DNA of 64,000 nucleotides, taken from contig OZ218961.1 in the NCBI GenBank assembly GCA_965112735.1, positions 2,914,001 through 2,978,000 of the forward strand, written 5' to 3'. The notes beneath the pieces were generated by a model. That model was not told the origin of the DNA and made no database searches. It saw only the letters and a program-made list of their open reading frames with translations. Position 1 is the stretch's first letter. Every line of letters begins with the position of its first letter. Position numbers and translations under genes: made by a program. Below are positions 51,849-64,000 of this stretch, in pieces. The stretch is from Phaeosaccion multiseriatum. Its lineage: Eukaryota; Protista; Ochrophyta, other classes.

Positions 51849-54800
51849 CCGCCTGCTCCTCTGCCGCTGTCACTCTTGGCGCTCTTGCTGAGTCGGGTGG
51901 ATGAAGCTGCCACTGAAGCTTCCAACGAATCATCTGACAATTCGGGAAGCTTGGCGCTAGTCTTGCCGTCCTTCTTCTGCTCGCGACCGCCGTTACCACG
52001 ACCACCGCCACCACCTCCACCACCAAAGTAGCTTCCCCCGGCAATGTCGACCACCTCGGGAATTCGGAAGGAATCGCTACAGCCATTACTGCCCCAAGGC
52101 CCTGCTTGTCCTGCCCCGCGCCGCTCGTCCCTATTCGACGCCGATGCTGAGGTGTTAACAGATCCAATCGAAACCGACGTTCCGACGACGTCGCAACAGC
52201 TCGTGTCCGGTCTCTCAAACACGTCCAGGTTGCCTCCGTCCACTATGCGAGGCGTGTAGTCGTGGTAGTGGGCAGACGGGTCCTTCTTCAGACCAGGGCC
52301 AGAGAGGACAGCTTCAACTATGCGGCTTGCCCAGTGGCCCAGCGGCTCAGCTCGGTCTGGACTCTCTCTTCTTGCTCCCTCGCTGCTAGTCGTACTCGTG
52401 CGCCTGTCGATGCCACAGGCTCTGCTACTGTCGCTGGTCCTTCTGCTACTACCGCTGCAGCCACTGCTGCCATTGCTGGCTGCGGTGTTGAACTCAAGGC
52501 TACCAATGCTGCTATTGTTCATTCCCGGACAGTTTCTGCTGCTGCTGGTGCTAAAGCAAATGGCATCAACCTCTCCGGTCATCCGTTGAAAGGGGTCCTT
52601 TTGCGTATCGTTCGCGCAGTCGCAATTGTCTCCGTGTGCGGTTGCGGCAGTAGCAGGGCTGTTGGCTGCGCTGCTTCTCGAGCCAAATTTCGATGTGTTC
52701 TTGCTCCGAAGAGGGTACTCGAGTTCTTCATGTGTGGGTCTGGTGTACAGCTTGTTCTTGTTCTTGTTCTTGCAGCAGAGGCAGGTAATGAGACAGTACA
52801 CGAGGGTAATGAACAAAATGACAACTACCCCACACAGGGCGAGGAAGATAACCTTGTAGGTGGTGCCTGTGGGAGGGTGATAATGGGAGGCGCAGAGGGG
52901 AGGAAGGAGGCGAGGGGGAAGACGTGAGAAGATGGAAGGAAGGAGGAAGGAGGGGGTGGGGGAAGACTGCAAGAGACCGAACATGCCAAACGGGGTGACC
53001 GTTATGAGGTTGGGGAAAGCACACCTTACACAAACATAGACTGCAGACAACCAACCCGCTCAGACAGACAAGCAAACAAGCAACCACCCAGCCCACATAG
53101 CTTACCGTATGTCTCTCCCCCCGACCGTCCCCGCCTCCTCTGCTCCCCACCGGAGGGGGTGATAACGTAGTCAATCACCTCACCAGAGATGTCTTCTCCC
53201 TCGGCCCCCAGCCCCATGGCGTGCTTCCGGTAGGCGGCAAGGAAGGTGCCGTCGTCAATGGCATCCCCCAGCTCGTCTGCTGCTAGGTTGGTGTCCTCTG
53301 CCGTGGCGAAACCGTCCATAACGAAGGAGACTGTGGCGCTGCTGCTACCCGAGCTGCTGCTGCCTAGAGAGCCATCCTCACCCCCCTGAGTGCGTCGTCG
53401 TTGCCTGACACTACCTCCGCCTCCACCCCCTCCCCCTCCCGGCGCTTTCTTCCCGGGCGAGACTCCAGTGCCTGTGACTGCTGTATCACCAACTGCTGCA
53501 GCTCCTGCTGCTGCTGCTGTCACTGTTGCCGCTGCTCGTGTCCCCCGGAGGTTGGGAGAGACCTGCACGGCAATGACACAGCAAACAAATGGTCAGAGAG
53601 GGAGAGAGAGAGAGAGGAGAGGGCACCAGCCAGCTACAAGCTACACATTCGACCAACGGCCAATGCAAGATGATCTTCGGAGACTTGCCGAGCTGTGTTT
53701 TTGGTTCTGGTTCAACGATTGTTGGGCCTGTAGGGAGGGGGCCAACTCGATCAATCAATCGCACACACCATTAGCCGTGTCCGATCTGTGGTTCCTTGGC
53801 CCACTGTCGTCCCGCTCTACTCCTCTTTCTCCTCCTCCTCCTCCTCCTCCTCCTCCTCCTTACCTTTCGAACTTGCTTCAAGAGAGCAATTTCTTTGCGA
53901 CCATTGACTTGCTTGGAGGCCCCTAAACTCCTACCCCCGCCACTGCTGCCCCCCTCCCCGCCCACCACGGTGCCGATAAGCACATTCGCGACGGTTGTGC
54001 CCGTTACAGCATCGCTTACGGCCATTCGAAAGGCCGTTCTCTGTCACACAGCACCGAAGGGGATCGATTCGGAGGCAGGCGAGGGAGAGAGACAAAGAGG
54101 AGGAAGCTCGTCAGTTTCGTGGAAGGGGAAGCAATCCAACCAGTCGTTACTAAGGCCAAAGGTTAGTAAGGAAGTAAGTACTTCGAAGTACGAGGTTTAG
54201 TAAGCAAGTAAGCAAGGTTAGGAATGTCTCCCAGTGGGAGGGGGGGGGTCATACTTGATTGAGGGGTACGAGAGAGGCACAAACAGCAAAGAACGACCAG
54301 TCACTGGTCAAAGCGACCGTCAAGCTCAACAGCAAAACGCCCTCTCCAGCTTGAAACTTCTTTGAGAGACAGAGAAAGGCGAATGAAGGTGCACCACTGC
54401 CCTTCTTGCTGTCCCGTAACCGCCCATGTACAAAGCAACCAAACAAGTACACGTACCTTCAAAGAAGGAAAGGATGCCGCGTCCTCCCCAGCCAATTCAA
54501 TGGCCCCGGTGACTCTATTGTCTCCCTGCGTCTCCCCAGAGGGAAGAGGGAGACGATTGGGCTCCCGAGTAGCAGGCGGTGCATTCGTTGTAGGGGGCAC
54601 AGTCTCCTCTGGCTCATCCGACGAAACAGGCAGAGGCGCAGGCGTGGTCACAGGAGCGGCAGTTGGTTGTACGGGGGCGGGGGAGGAGATAACAGGTGCC
54701 GACGATGGTGGTGGTGATGGGCTCAAGGTGGACGGAGCAGCAGTGGTGGTGTACAAGGGCGAGGGGACCCCAGTTGGAGCAGAGGATGGAAACAATTCGT

Positions 54801-56712
54801 CTTCTCCTCCCTCCCATGTCCACGTAGGTGCAGCAGGAGCGGCAGTTGGTGCTTCACTGGCGAAGGTTGGTCCGGGTGCTTCCCAACCCGACTGAGACAG
54901 GGCAGGAGCCGCGGTGGGGGAGGCGGACGGCCAAAGGGAGTCGAACGACGACGATGACGACAAAACGGACGGCTCCCCACCACCAAGAGGGGCGACCGTG
55001 GCGTCACTGTCGGCAAAGGTCTTCTCGGCTTCCTCGACGGCTTGAAGCCCTCTCTGAAGCTGTGGGGTCTTGGGCGTCTGCAGGCCCAATTCAATGTGAC
55101 TCTTCCCGCCCCTGCAGGCCACGGCCATCTTCGCGGAGAGCGGTGGGGAGAAGAGAGAAGAGAGGAAGAGGCGGCGTCAGAGAGATGGTAGAAGCAAGGA
55201 GCGAGGAAGCTGCGACAACAGGCCTCCAAGTTCAGCCCCTTCACTCGAAAACCGTGAACGTACCGACAATAACCGTGCCATTCTCGGTCCCGATGGGGCA
55301 CCGACGGGGGCAACACTGGTGCCCTGCCCCTGCTCTACGTCGTCGGAGTTGTTGTATCTCCAGCATGACACCGAACCTGTGAGTCGCATGCGTGGGGGGG
55401 GGGGGGGTTGGGAGATTGAAAGGGGGGAAGGATTTGCGTTAGCCTTCAGCCATCAGCTTTCTCGGCCCCTCCCTCTATCCTGACTCACCTGTACTGAGAA
55501 GTGCACACGTCAAGTCGCCTGCCGCCAGGATGGCCTGAGCTGTGGCCCCGTTGGTGCCGAGATTAACGGCCTTCACACTGGAACCCTTGCCATCCGGCTC
55601 CCCATCCACGTCCAACAGAGACGAGCCCGCATCAGCAGCAAGCTGGCCCTGTGCGTTGCTACCCCAGCAAACAACTTTCCCGGACATAAGAATGGCACAC
55701 GTATGGTGGAATCCCGCCGATATAGCACGTGCCGCTCCGCCTGGACCGAAATCGACCGCCCTCCACTGCTCCAGCGCTTCCCCCCCCTCGACACCCCTAC
55801 CGAAGCACTTGACTGTCCCGCTCTTCAGTACCGCGCACGTGTGCATATACCCCACTGCCCAGTCCATTGTCTCCTCCCCGAGGGACGGCACCGCCCATGA
55901 TGTGTCAGACTCACTCATCTGCCCAGGAGGACGAATCCTGAAAGCGGCTCCTTGGAGTTCGCTGCCCTCCTTGAGTCCGCCCCCCGCCCCACCCTCTCCC
56001 TGCCAGGTCGAGCCCCAGCACTTGGCCTCTCCATTGGACAAGGTGGTGGTACACAGTCCGTCGTGACTGCTGGTGATGTTTACAGCAACTCCTCCTCCCA
56101 GCTCCGCGGGCCCGATGCCCGCTTCGCCGCTCCGATCGTCACCTGGCCAATGGAGGTGGTCGCATCATAACAAGGATGAGAAAGAGAGAGATAGGGGGGA
56201 ACAGACAGGGTACCAATCTTGTGCTCAAGTTAACCCGCGTGTGCTGGCGCAGTCGTCTCCTTCCCCCTTTCTCGCTCTACGTCTCCGAGTCCAGCCGTGT
56301 CGTGCTTGCATTCTCTCTGTCTCTTACCTAAGCATACCAGCATTTTGTCCGACATGAGGGCGCACCCCTTGCCGCTCTTGCCGTCCACTTGCAAAGGTTC
56401 GCCCATGCTCTCATCAGATCCTGTGGGAAGGCTCACAGTGGTGACTGCCGCAAAGCCAGGTCTTCTCTCTTCGCCCACACGATCCGGCGACCCAAGTTGA
56501 TAGTTTCCCCAGCAAAACAAGTCACCACCCGAGACTAGGCAAGCATGTTCGCTTTCGCAGGCCCCAGAGGAAGAGGCAGTCGCGCTTGACAGACTCGCGA
56601 AGATGAGAGGCAAAACAATATACAAACGTGAGGAGCCGTCTCGCGGCTGCTTCCCGCGCTTTAGCATGATAGCTTGTTCCGGCCTCGGTAGGCAGGCACT
56701 CAGGGAAGCCAT
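51026..56712 (-). CDS. Type-I membrane protein: RCC1-like repeats, Pro/Thr/Ser stalk, TM helix, long disordered tail
   Basis: Signal-like IVLPLIFASLSSATA. RCC1 motifs AVGYMHTCAVLKSGTVKCFG, ISAGFHHTCAILMSGKVVCWGSNAQGQL and AAGDLTCALL. Mucin-like exon 54457-55128. TM VIFLALCGVVVILFITLVYCLITCLCC followed by KNKNK. Confidence 0.78.
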
Positions 56713-56967
56713 GTCGACCTCCCTACCCGTTGTCTTTTGCCCTTTGTTTGTGGAAAACATGTTTGGACACGTATTTTTTTCCGTTAGGATTTTCGAAGCT
56801 TCAGTTTCAGTTTCAGATCTCGAAGCCACAACAGAAGTCAATGAGCGTTTCATGGATCCTCCTCACAAGTCACAAGCGACGGTGGTTTTGTTTATGATCT
56901 TCGGGGCAACTGAGGGTGCCGGTGCGAGCGCAACACTTACTTTCTCTCTCCTTCTCCCTTGTGTACC

Positions 56968-59900
56968 ATGCTTTCATTCAAAGGCGCCTCTGCGGCGGCC
57001 TTTGTGGCTCTCCTGCTCGCTCCGCGGGGCGCTTGGGCGGGTGGGAGGACTAGGAACAATGGTGAGGTGGAAGGGGCGGGGGGGGGGTGTAGTTGGTTTT
57101 CGTACCCTGACTCGTTCGCTCATTCGCTCGCTCGCTCGCTCGCTCGAGCCAAATGTTTGCGTACTTCCTCACTCTCTTTCCCTCCCTTTCACTTAACTTT
57201 ACCCGCCCACCCGCTGGGGGGGCGGCCTACACTTGATTCCTTCTCGCTCAGCGTCAAGCCCAACGCCTGCACCCGCCTGCCCGGAAGAAGATGCTTGCAC
57301 CCTTCTGTGCGCCGGCCATTTGACGAGCTGCTACACGTATGAAGATTGCTCCGCCAAGGCGAAGAACTGCAATGCCTACGACAAGGGTGAAAAGTGCCGC
57401 AAATGCGGTCCAGATGTGACAACCCCGGGCGGCAAGGTTATCGAGTGCCCCGTGGTGCCTGCCGAGTGTGTTACGACACCTGCGCCCACCCCAGGTGAGA
57501 GTTCACATCAGTAACACTGTTGCAGTCACCCATGCCGTTCACCTCTCCAGGTCCACTCCGAAACTCCCTCCCTGCCCATAGCATCAACGCCCTGACGTCG
57601 CTCCCTCCCTTCCTCCCTTCCTCCCCCCCCCCCCCCTCTCTCTCTCCCTGATCCTGTGCTCATCCTGTGCCCCCCCCCCCTTTAGCTCCTGTCGCGCCCA
57701 CGGAAGCACCCGTTCAGACCGAGCCGCCTGTGACTCCGACCATGCCTCCGACAAATGTGAGCGTTGGTGTAGCCACCGCCCCCCCTCACAGCCCCCACTG
57801 GTCATACGCTTCACGATATGAGCTTGTATGCCTCTGTTTCCATCCTCTGTCGTTGTTTGAACCCTCCAACGTATCGCAGTTGTTCGATGCATACCCTGTT
57901 CGTTTGATGAGGGCAGATCCATCTCACTTTCGCGTTTCAGAATCGACCCTCTTGTTTTAGAATCCATCATCTTGCTGCCTCGTGTCTTCCGTACTGTAAA
58001 GCCGACTTGGCATCGTCACTGACAACGCTGCTGTGTTGCTGTCGGCCCCTTTCTCTCGCGCTTCAGGCTCCTACCGTACCGCCGACCGAGCCCCCCGTTG
58101 AGACGCAGGCCCCTACAATGCCCACCCCTGCCCCCGTGGAAGAGTGCGTAGACCTTGTGACGTTGCTCGTGGGAGCCAACGACGAAGGAGACTTTGACGC
58201 CCTCATCGACGCCGTCACCTCCGTGGATGGGCTCGCCGCGACCCTCTCCACCGCTGAGGTATGAATGATTGCGGAGACAGAAGAGGAGGAGGAGGAGGAG
58301 GAGGAGGCACATTCTTACCGAGGAAGGCTTTGCTCTGTATGCTGCACTGCGGTACTTCGCCCTCTCTCTCTCCCTCTCGCTCTCCCTCTCGCCCTCCCCC
58401 TCCCCGCCTGGGGTATGCCTACATGCATGCGCAAGCGAGTCCTCTGCCTAATCATGCATTGCCCTCCCCTCCCTTCCCTCCCCTCCCCTTCCTCACAGCT
58501 GACTGTGTTCGCACCTACGGACGCCGCCTTCGCTGCCGCTGGGCTTTGGTAAGTGTTTTCATCAGTGTCGGCACAGGATGGGAGAGGCTGCATTTCATTG
58601 TCCCAAGGATGACCGAAACATGCCGACTCCTCCCTCACTCCCCCGTCCGCACTCCTTCGATAACCTCCTGCCCCTCCCCTCCCCTGCCCCTCCTTCCCAG
58701 CTCCACCGCCGAGGCCACTGACGACTGCACTGACGTCACCACAGTGGACGAGGAGACCCTCTCGGCCATCCTGCTCTACCACGTCACTGAAGGCACCGTG
58801 CTGGCCGAGAACGTCCTCGGCACGACCGTTACCACCCTCAACGGAGCCACCTTCGACGTGAGCGACAGCGGAGTCATCACGGACGCCTCAGGCGCCACCT
58901 CCTCCATCGTTATCACGGACTTGCTCGCATGCAACGGTGTGGCACACGTCATCGACGGAGTGCTTTCACCCACACCCGCTCCGACGCAGGCCCCTGCTGC
59001 AGCTCCCACCTCGTCCCCGACTGTCCCACCCACCGAGGCTCCAGTAGCTGTGGCGACGGAAGCACCGGTAGCTGTGGAGACAGACGCGCCCGACTCGACC
59101 GGTGAGGCATGCAGACTCCCTCCTCGGCATTCGCAGTGTTGTTTCTCACTTCGTCTCAAACCTTTGTCGCATACTTGCCATCGATGGCATGATTCAAGCC
59201 CCTGCCTGCTCACCCAGCTCTGCGCTACGCTGCTCGTCGCTCTGTGCTCGCTTTCCTCCTTTCCCAGACGCTCCCGACTGCATTCCCGATGCATGCTACG
59301 AGGCCTGCATGGCCGAGGGTGACGACAAGGGCTGCGTGACAGAGCCCGCGTGCTCTGAAGAGGGAGGAGGAGCTTTGGTCGGATGCAACGCTTACGGCTT
59401 GGGCCAGAACTGCCGCTTCTGCGGTCCTTCCATGGAGAGTACCTACGGAGTCATAGTGGAGTGCCCCGCGGCCTGCGACGCAACACCCACCCCTGCCCCC
59501 GTGGAGGAGTGCGAACATCTTGTGACGTTGCTCGTGGGAGCCAACGACGAAGGAGACTTTGACGCCCTCATCGACGCCGTCACCTCCGTGGATGGGCTCG
59601 CCGCGACCCTCTCCACCGCTGAGGTATGAGTGATTGCGGAGAGAGGAGAGGAGGAGGAGGAGGAGGAGGAGGAGGAGGAGGAGGAGGAGGAGGAGGAGGA
59701 GGAGGAGGAGGAGGAGGAGGAGGAGGAGGAGGAGGAGGAGGAGGAGGAGGTGGTGGTGGTGGTGGTGGTGGGGTGGGGGTGGTGGTGGTGGAGGAGGAGA
59801 GGCATTTCTTTACCGATGACGGCTTTGCTCTGTATGCTAAAGTGCGGTACTTCGTCCTCTCCCCTCTTCCCCTCCCCCTCCCCACAAAGGCGTATTCATG

Positions 59901-62900
59901 CCTGCAATCGCAAGCGAGTCCTCTGCCTAATCATGCATTCCCCTCCCCTCCCCTTCCCTCCCCTCCCCTTCCTCACAGCTGACTGTGTTCGCACCTACGG
60001 ACGCCGCCTTCGCTGCCGCTGGGCTTTGGTAAGTGTTTACATCAGTGCCGGCACAGGCTGGAAGAGGCTGCATTTCATTGTCCCAAGGATGACCGAAACA
60101 TGCCGACTCCTCCCTCACTACCCCTTCGGCACTCCTTCGATAACCTCCTGCCCCTCCCCTCCCCTGCCCCTCCTTCCCAGCTCCACCGCCGAGGCCACTG
60201 ACGACTGCACTGACGTCACCACAGTGGACGAGGAGACCCTCTCGGCCATCCTGCTCTACCACGTCACTGAAGGCACCGTGCTGGCCGAGAACGTCCTCGG
60301 CACGACCGTTACCACCCTCAACGGAGCCACCTTCGACGTGAGCGACAGCGGAGTCATCACGGACGCCTCAGGCGCCACCTCCTCCATCGTTATCACGGAC
60401 TTGCTCGCCTGCAACGGTGTGGCACACGTTATCGACGGAGTGCTTTCACCCACACCCGCTCCGACGCAGGCCCCTGCTGCAGCTCCCACCTCGTCCCCGA
60501 CTGTCCCACCCACGGAGGCTCCGGTAGCTGTGACGACGGAAGCACCGGTAGCTGTGGCGACGGAAGCACCGGTAGCTGTGGCGACGGAAGCACCGGTAGC
60601 TGTGGCGACGGAAGCACCGGTAGCTGTGGAGACAGACGCGCCCGACTCGACCGGTGAGGCATGCGGACTCGCTCCTCGGCATTCGCAGTGTTGTTTCTCA
60701 CTTCTTGTCAAACCTTTGTCGTATGCTTGACCTCGATCGCATCATTCAAGCCCCTGCCTGCTCACCCAGCTCTGCGCTGCGCTGCTCGTCGCTCTGTGCT
60801 CGCTTCCCTCCTTTCCCAGACGCTCCCGACTGCATTCCCGATGCATGCTACGAGGCCTGCATGGCCGAGGGTGACGACAAGGGCTGCGTGACAGAACCCG
60901 CGTGCTCTGAAGAGGGAGGAGGAGCTTTGGTCGGATGCAACGCTTACGGCTTGGGCCAGAACTGCCGTTTCTGCGGTCCTTCCATGGAGAGTACCTACGG
61001 AGTCGTAGTGGAGTGCCCCGCGGCCTGCGACGCCACACCCACCCCTGCCCCCGTGGAGGAGGCGGAGGAGGATGAGGAGGAGGAGGAGGAGGAGGAGGAG
61101 GAGCAGGACGAGGAGGAGGAGTGCGTAGACCTTGTGACGTTGCTCGTGGGAGCCAACGACGAAGGAGACTTTGACGCTCTCATCGACGCCGTCACCTCCG
61201 TGGATGGGCTCGCTGCGACCATCTCCACCGCTGAGGTACGAGTGATTGCGGAGAAAGAAGAAGAAGAAGAAGAGGAGGAGGAGGAGGAGGAGGAGGAGGA
61301 GGAGGAGGAGGAGGTGGTGGTGGTGGTGGTGGTGGTGGTGGTGGTAGTGGTGGTGGTGGAGGAGGAGGAGGAGGAGGAGGAGGAGGATGAGGTGGAGGAG
61401 GCAGATCCTTATCGAGGAAGGCTTTGCTCTGTGTGCTGCACTGCGGTACTTCTCCCTCTCTCCCTTCCTCTCGCTCTCCCGCTTCCCCTCCCCGGCCCTA
61501 CATGGGGGTATGCCTTAATACACACGCAAGCGAGTCCTCTGCCTAATCATGCGTTGCCCTCCCCTCCCCTCCCTTCCCTTCCCCTCCCCTCCCCTCCCCT
61601 CCCTTCTTCACAGCTGACTGTGTTCGCACCTACGGACGCCGCCTTCGCTGCCGCTGGGCTTTGGTGAGTGTTTTCATCAGTGCCGGCACAGGCTGGGAGA
61701 GGCTGCATTTCATTGTCGCAAGAATGACGGAAACATGCCGAATCTTCCCTCACTACCCCTTCCGCGCTCCTTCGATAACCTCTTGCCCCTCCCCTCCCCT
61801 TCCCTCCCCTCCCCTCCCCTCCCCTCCCCTTTCCTCCCCTCACCTCCCCTCCCCTCCCCTCGCCCCTCTTCCCAGCTCCACCGCCGAGGCCACTGACGAC
61901 TGCACTGACGTCACCACTGTGGACGAGGAGACCCTCTCGGCCATCCTGCTCTACCACGTCACTGAAGGCACCGTGCTGGCCGAGAACGTCCTCGGCACGA
62001 CCGTTACCACCCTCAACGGAGCCACCTTCGACGTGAGCGACAGCGGAGTCATCACGGACGCCTCAGGCGCCACCTCCTCCATCGTTATCACGGACTTGCT
62101 CGCATGTAACGGTGTGGCACACGTCATCGACGGAGTGCTTTCACCCACACCCGCTCCGACGCAGGCCTCTGCTGCAGCTCCCACCTCGTCCCCGACTGTC
62201 CCACCCACGGAGGCTCCGGTAGCTGTGGCGACGGAAGCACCGGTAGCTGTGGTGACGGAAGCACCGGTAGCTGTGGAGACAGACGCGCCCGACTCGACCG
62301 GTGAGGCATGCGGACTCGCTTCTCGGCATTCGCAGTGTTGTTTCTCATTTCGTCTCAAACCTTTGTCGTATACTTGCCATCGATGGCATCATTCAAGCCC
62401 CGCCCTGCTCACCGAGCTCTGCGCTGCGCTGCTCGTCGCTCTGTGCTCGCTTTCCTCCTTTCACAGACGCTCCCGACTGCATTCCCGATGCATGCTACGA
62501 GGCCTGCATGGCCGAGGGTGACGACAAGGGCTGCGTGACAGAGCCCGCGTGCTCTGAAGAGGGAGGAGGAGCTTTGGTCGGATGCAACGCTTACGGCTTG
62601 GGCCAGAACTGCCGTTTCTGCGGTCCTTCCATGGAGAGTACCTACGGAGTCGTAGTGGAGTGCCCCGCGGCCTGCGACGCAACACCCACCCCTGCCCCCG
62701 TGGAGGAGGCGGAGGAGGAGGAGGAGGAGGAGTGCGTAGACCTTGTGACGTTGCTCGTGGGAGCAAACGACGAAGGAGACTTTGACGCCCTCATCGACGC
62801 CGTCACCTCCGTGGATGGGCTCGCCGATACCCTCTCCACCGCTGAGGTAAGAGTGATTGCGGAGAAAGAAGAAGCAGAAGAAGAAGAAGAGGAGGAGGAG

Positions 62901-64000
62901 GAGGAGGAGGAGGAGGAGGTGGTGGTGGTGGTGGTGGAGGCGGCGCTTCTTTACCGAGGAAGGCTTTGCTGTGTATGCTAAAGTGCGGTACTTCGTCCTC
63001 TCCCCTCTTCCCCTCCCCCTCCCCCTCCCCACAAAGGCGTATTCATACCTGCAATCGCAAGCGAGTCCTCTGCCTAATCATGCATTGCCCTTCCCTTCCC
63101 TCCCCTCCCCTTCCTCACAGCTGACTGTGTTCGCACCTACGGACGCCGCCTTCGCTGCCGCTGGGCTTTGGTGAGTGTTTTCATCAGTGCCGGCACAGGC
63201 TGAAAGAGGCTGCATTTCATTGTCCCAAGGATGACCGAAACATGCCGACTCCTCCCTCACTCCCCCGTCCGCACTCCTTCGATAACCTCCTGCCCCTCCC
63301 CTCCCCTGGCCCTCCTTCCCAGCTCCACCGCCGAGGCCACTGACGACTGCACTGACGTCACCACTGTGGACGAGGAGACCCTCTCGGCCATCCTGCTCTA
63401 CCACGTCACTGACGGCACCGTGCTGGCTGAGAACGTCCTCGGCACGACCGTTACCACCCTCAACGGAGCCACCTTCGACGTGAGCGACAGCGGAGTCATC
63501 ACGGACGCCTCAGGCGCCACCTCCTCCATCGTTATCACGGACTTGCTCGCATGTAACGGTGTGGCACACGTCATCGACGGAGTGCTTTCACCCACACCCG
63601 CTCCGACGCAGGCCCCTGCTGCAGCTCCCACCTCGTCCCCGACTGTCCCACCCACGGAGGCTCCGGTAGCTGTGGCAACGGAAGCACCGGTAGCTGTGGA
63701 GACAGACGCGCCCGACTCGACCGGTGAGGCATGCGGACTCCCTCCTCGGCATTCGCAGTGTTGTTTCTCACTTCTTGTCAAACCTTTTGTCGTATACTTG
63801 CCCTCGATCGCATCATTCAAGCCCCTGCCTGCTCACCCAGCTCTGCGCTGCGCTGCTCGTCGCTCTGTGCTCGCTTCCCTCCTTTCACAGACGCTCCCGA
63901 CTGCATTCCCGATGCATGCTACGAGGCCTGCATGGCCGAGGGTGACGACAAGGGCTGCGTGACAGAACCCGCGTGCTCTGAAGAGGGAGGAGGAGCTTTG
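56968..64000 (+). CDS. Secreted/surface fasciclin (FAS1) repeat protein with Cys-rich modules, 3' partial
   Basis: Signal peptide MLSFKGASAAAFVALLLAPRGAWA. Four FAS1 domains (LTVFAPTDAAF, ILLYHV, ACNGVAHVIDGVL) alternate with PT/TEAP linkers and a GCNAYGLGQNCRFCG module. Confidence 0.9.
58120..64000 (+). repeat. Tandem ~1.5-kb exon-intron cassettes (at least 4)
   Basis: The LTVFAPT exon starts at 58499, 59979, 61614 and 63121. Introns are also highly similar between units. Confidence 0.95.

Overview
Gene-dense, GC-rich eukaryotic nuclear DNA with many short GT-AG introns filled with microsatellites. A bipartite plastid-targeting presequence and a tubulin glycylase suggest a flagellated photosynthetic stramenopile (inference). 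Genes reconstructed by hand from splice sites: TOP6A/SPO11-3, TIM13, cysteine dioxygenase, a PX-like protein, an ARM/coiled-coil/polyQ protein, a TTLL3-like glycylase with IQ motifs, a plastid DUF3727-like protein, an orphan membrane ORF, POLD2, NUDCD2, a large hypothetical protein, PSF3/GINS3, an intronless PPR-SMR protein, an RCC1-repeat type-I membrane protein and a tandem FAS1 surface protein that runs off the window end. Most notable: (1) a 15-bp motif, CAGTTGGTGATACAG, present in 10 perfect copies in both orientations, in exons (three reading frames) and non-coding DNA, mostly inside CAG tracts; (2) a PPR-SMR gene with 15 near-identical 105-bp repeats that vary at RNA-code positions; (3) a ~225-nt hairpin whose mismatches are mostly G-U compatible on one strand (candidate pre-miRNA); (4) a MITE with perfect 30-bp TIRs and a 7-bp TSD; (5) a Cdc37-like N-terminus on NUDCD2; (6) whole exon-intron FAS1 cassettes duplicated in tandem. 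Exon boundaries are manual predictions and no database searches were run.
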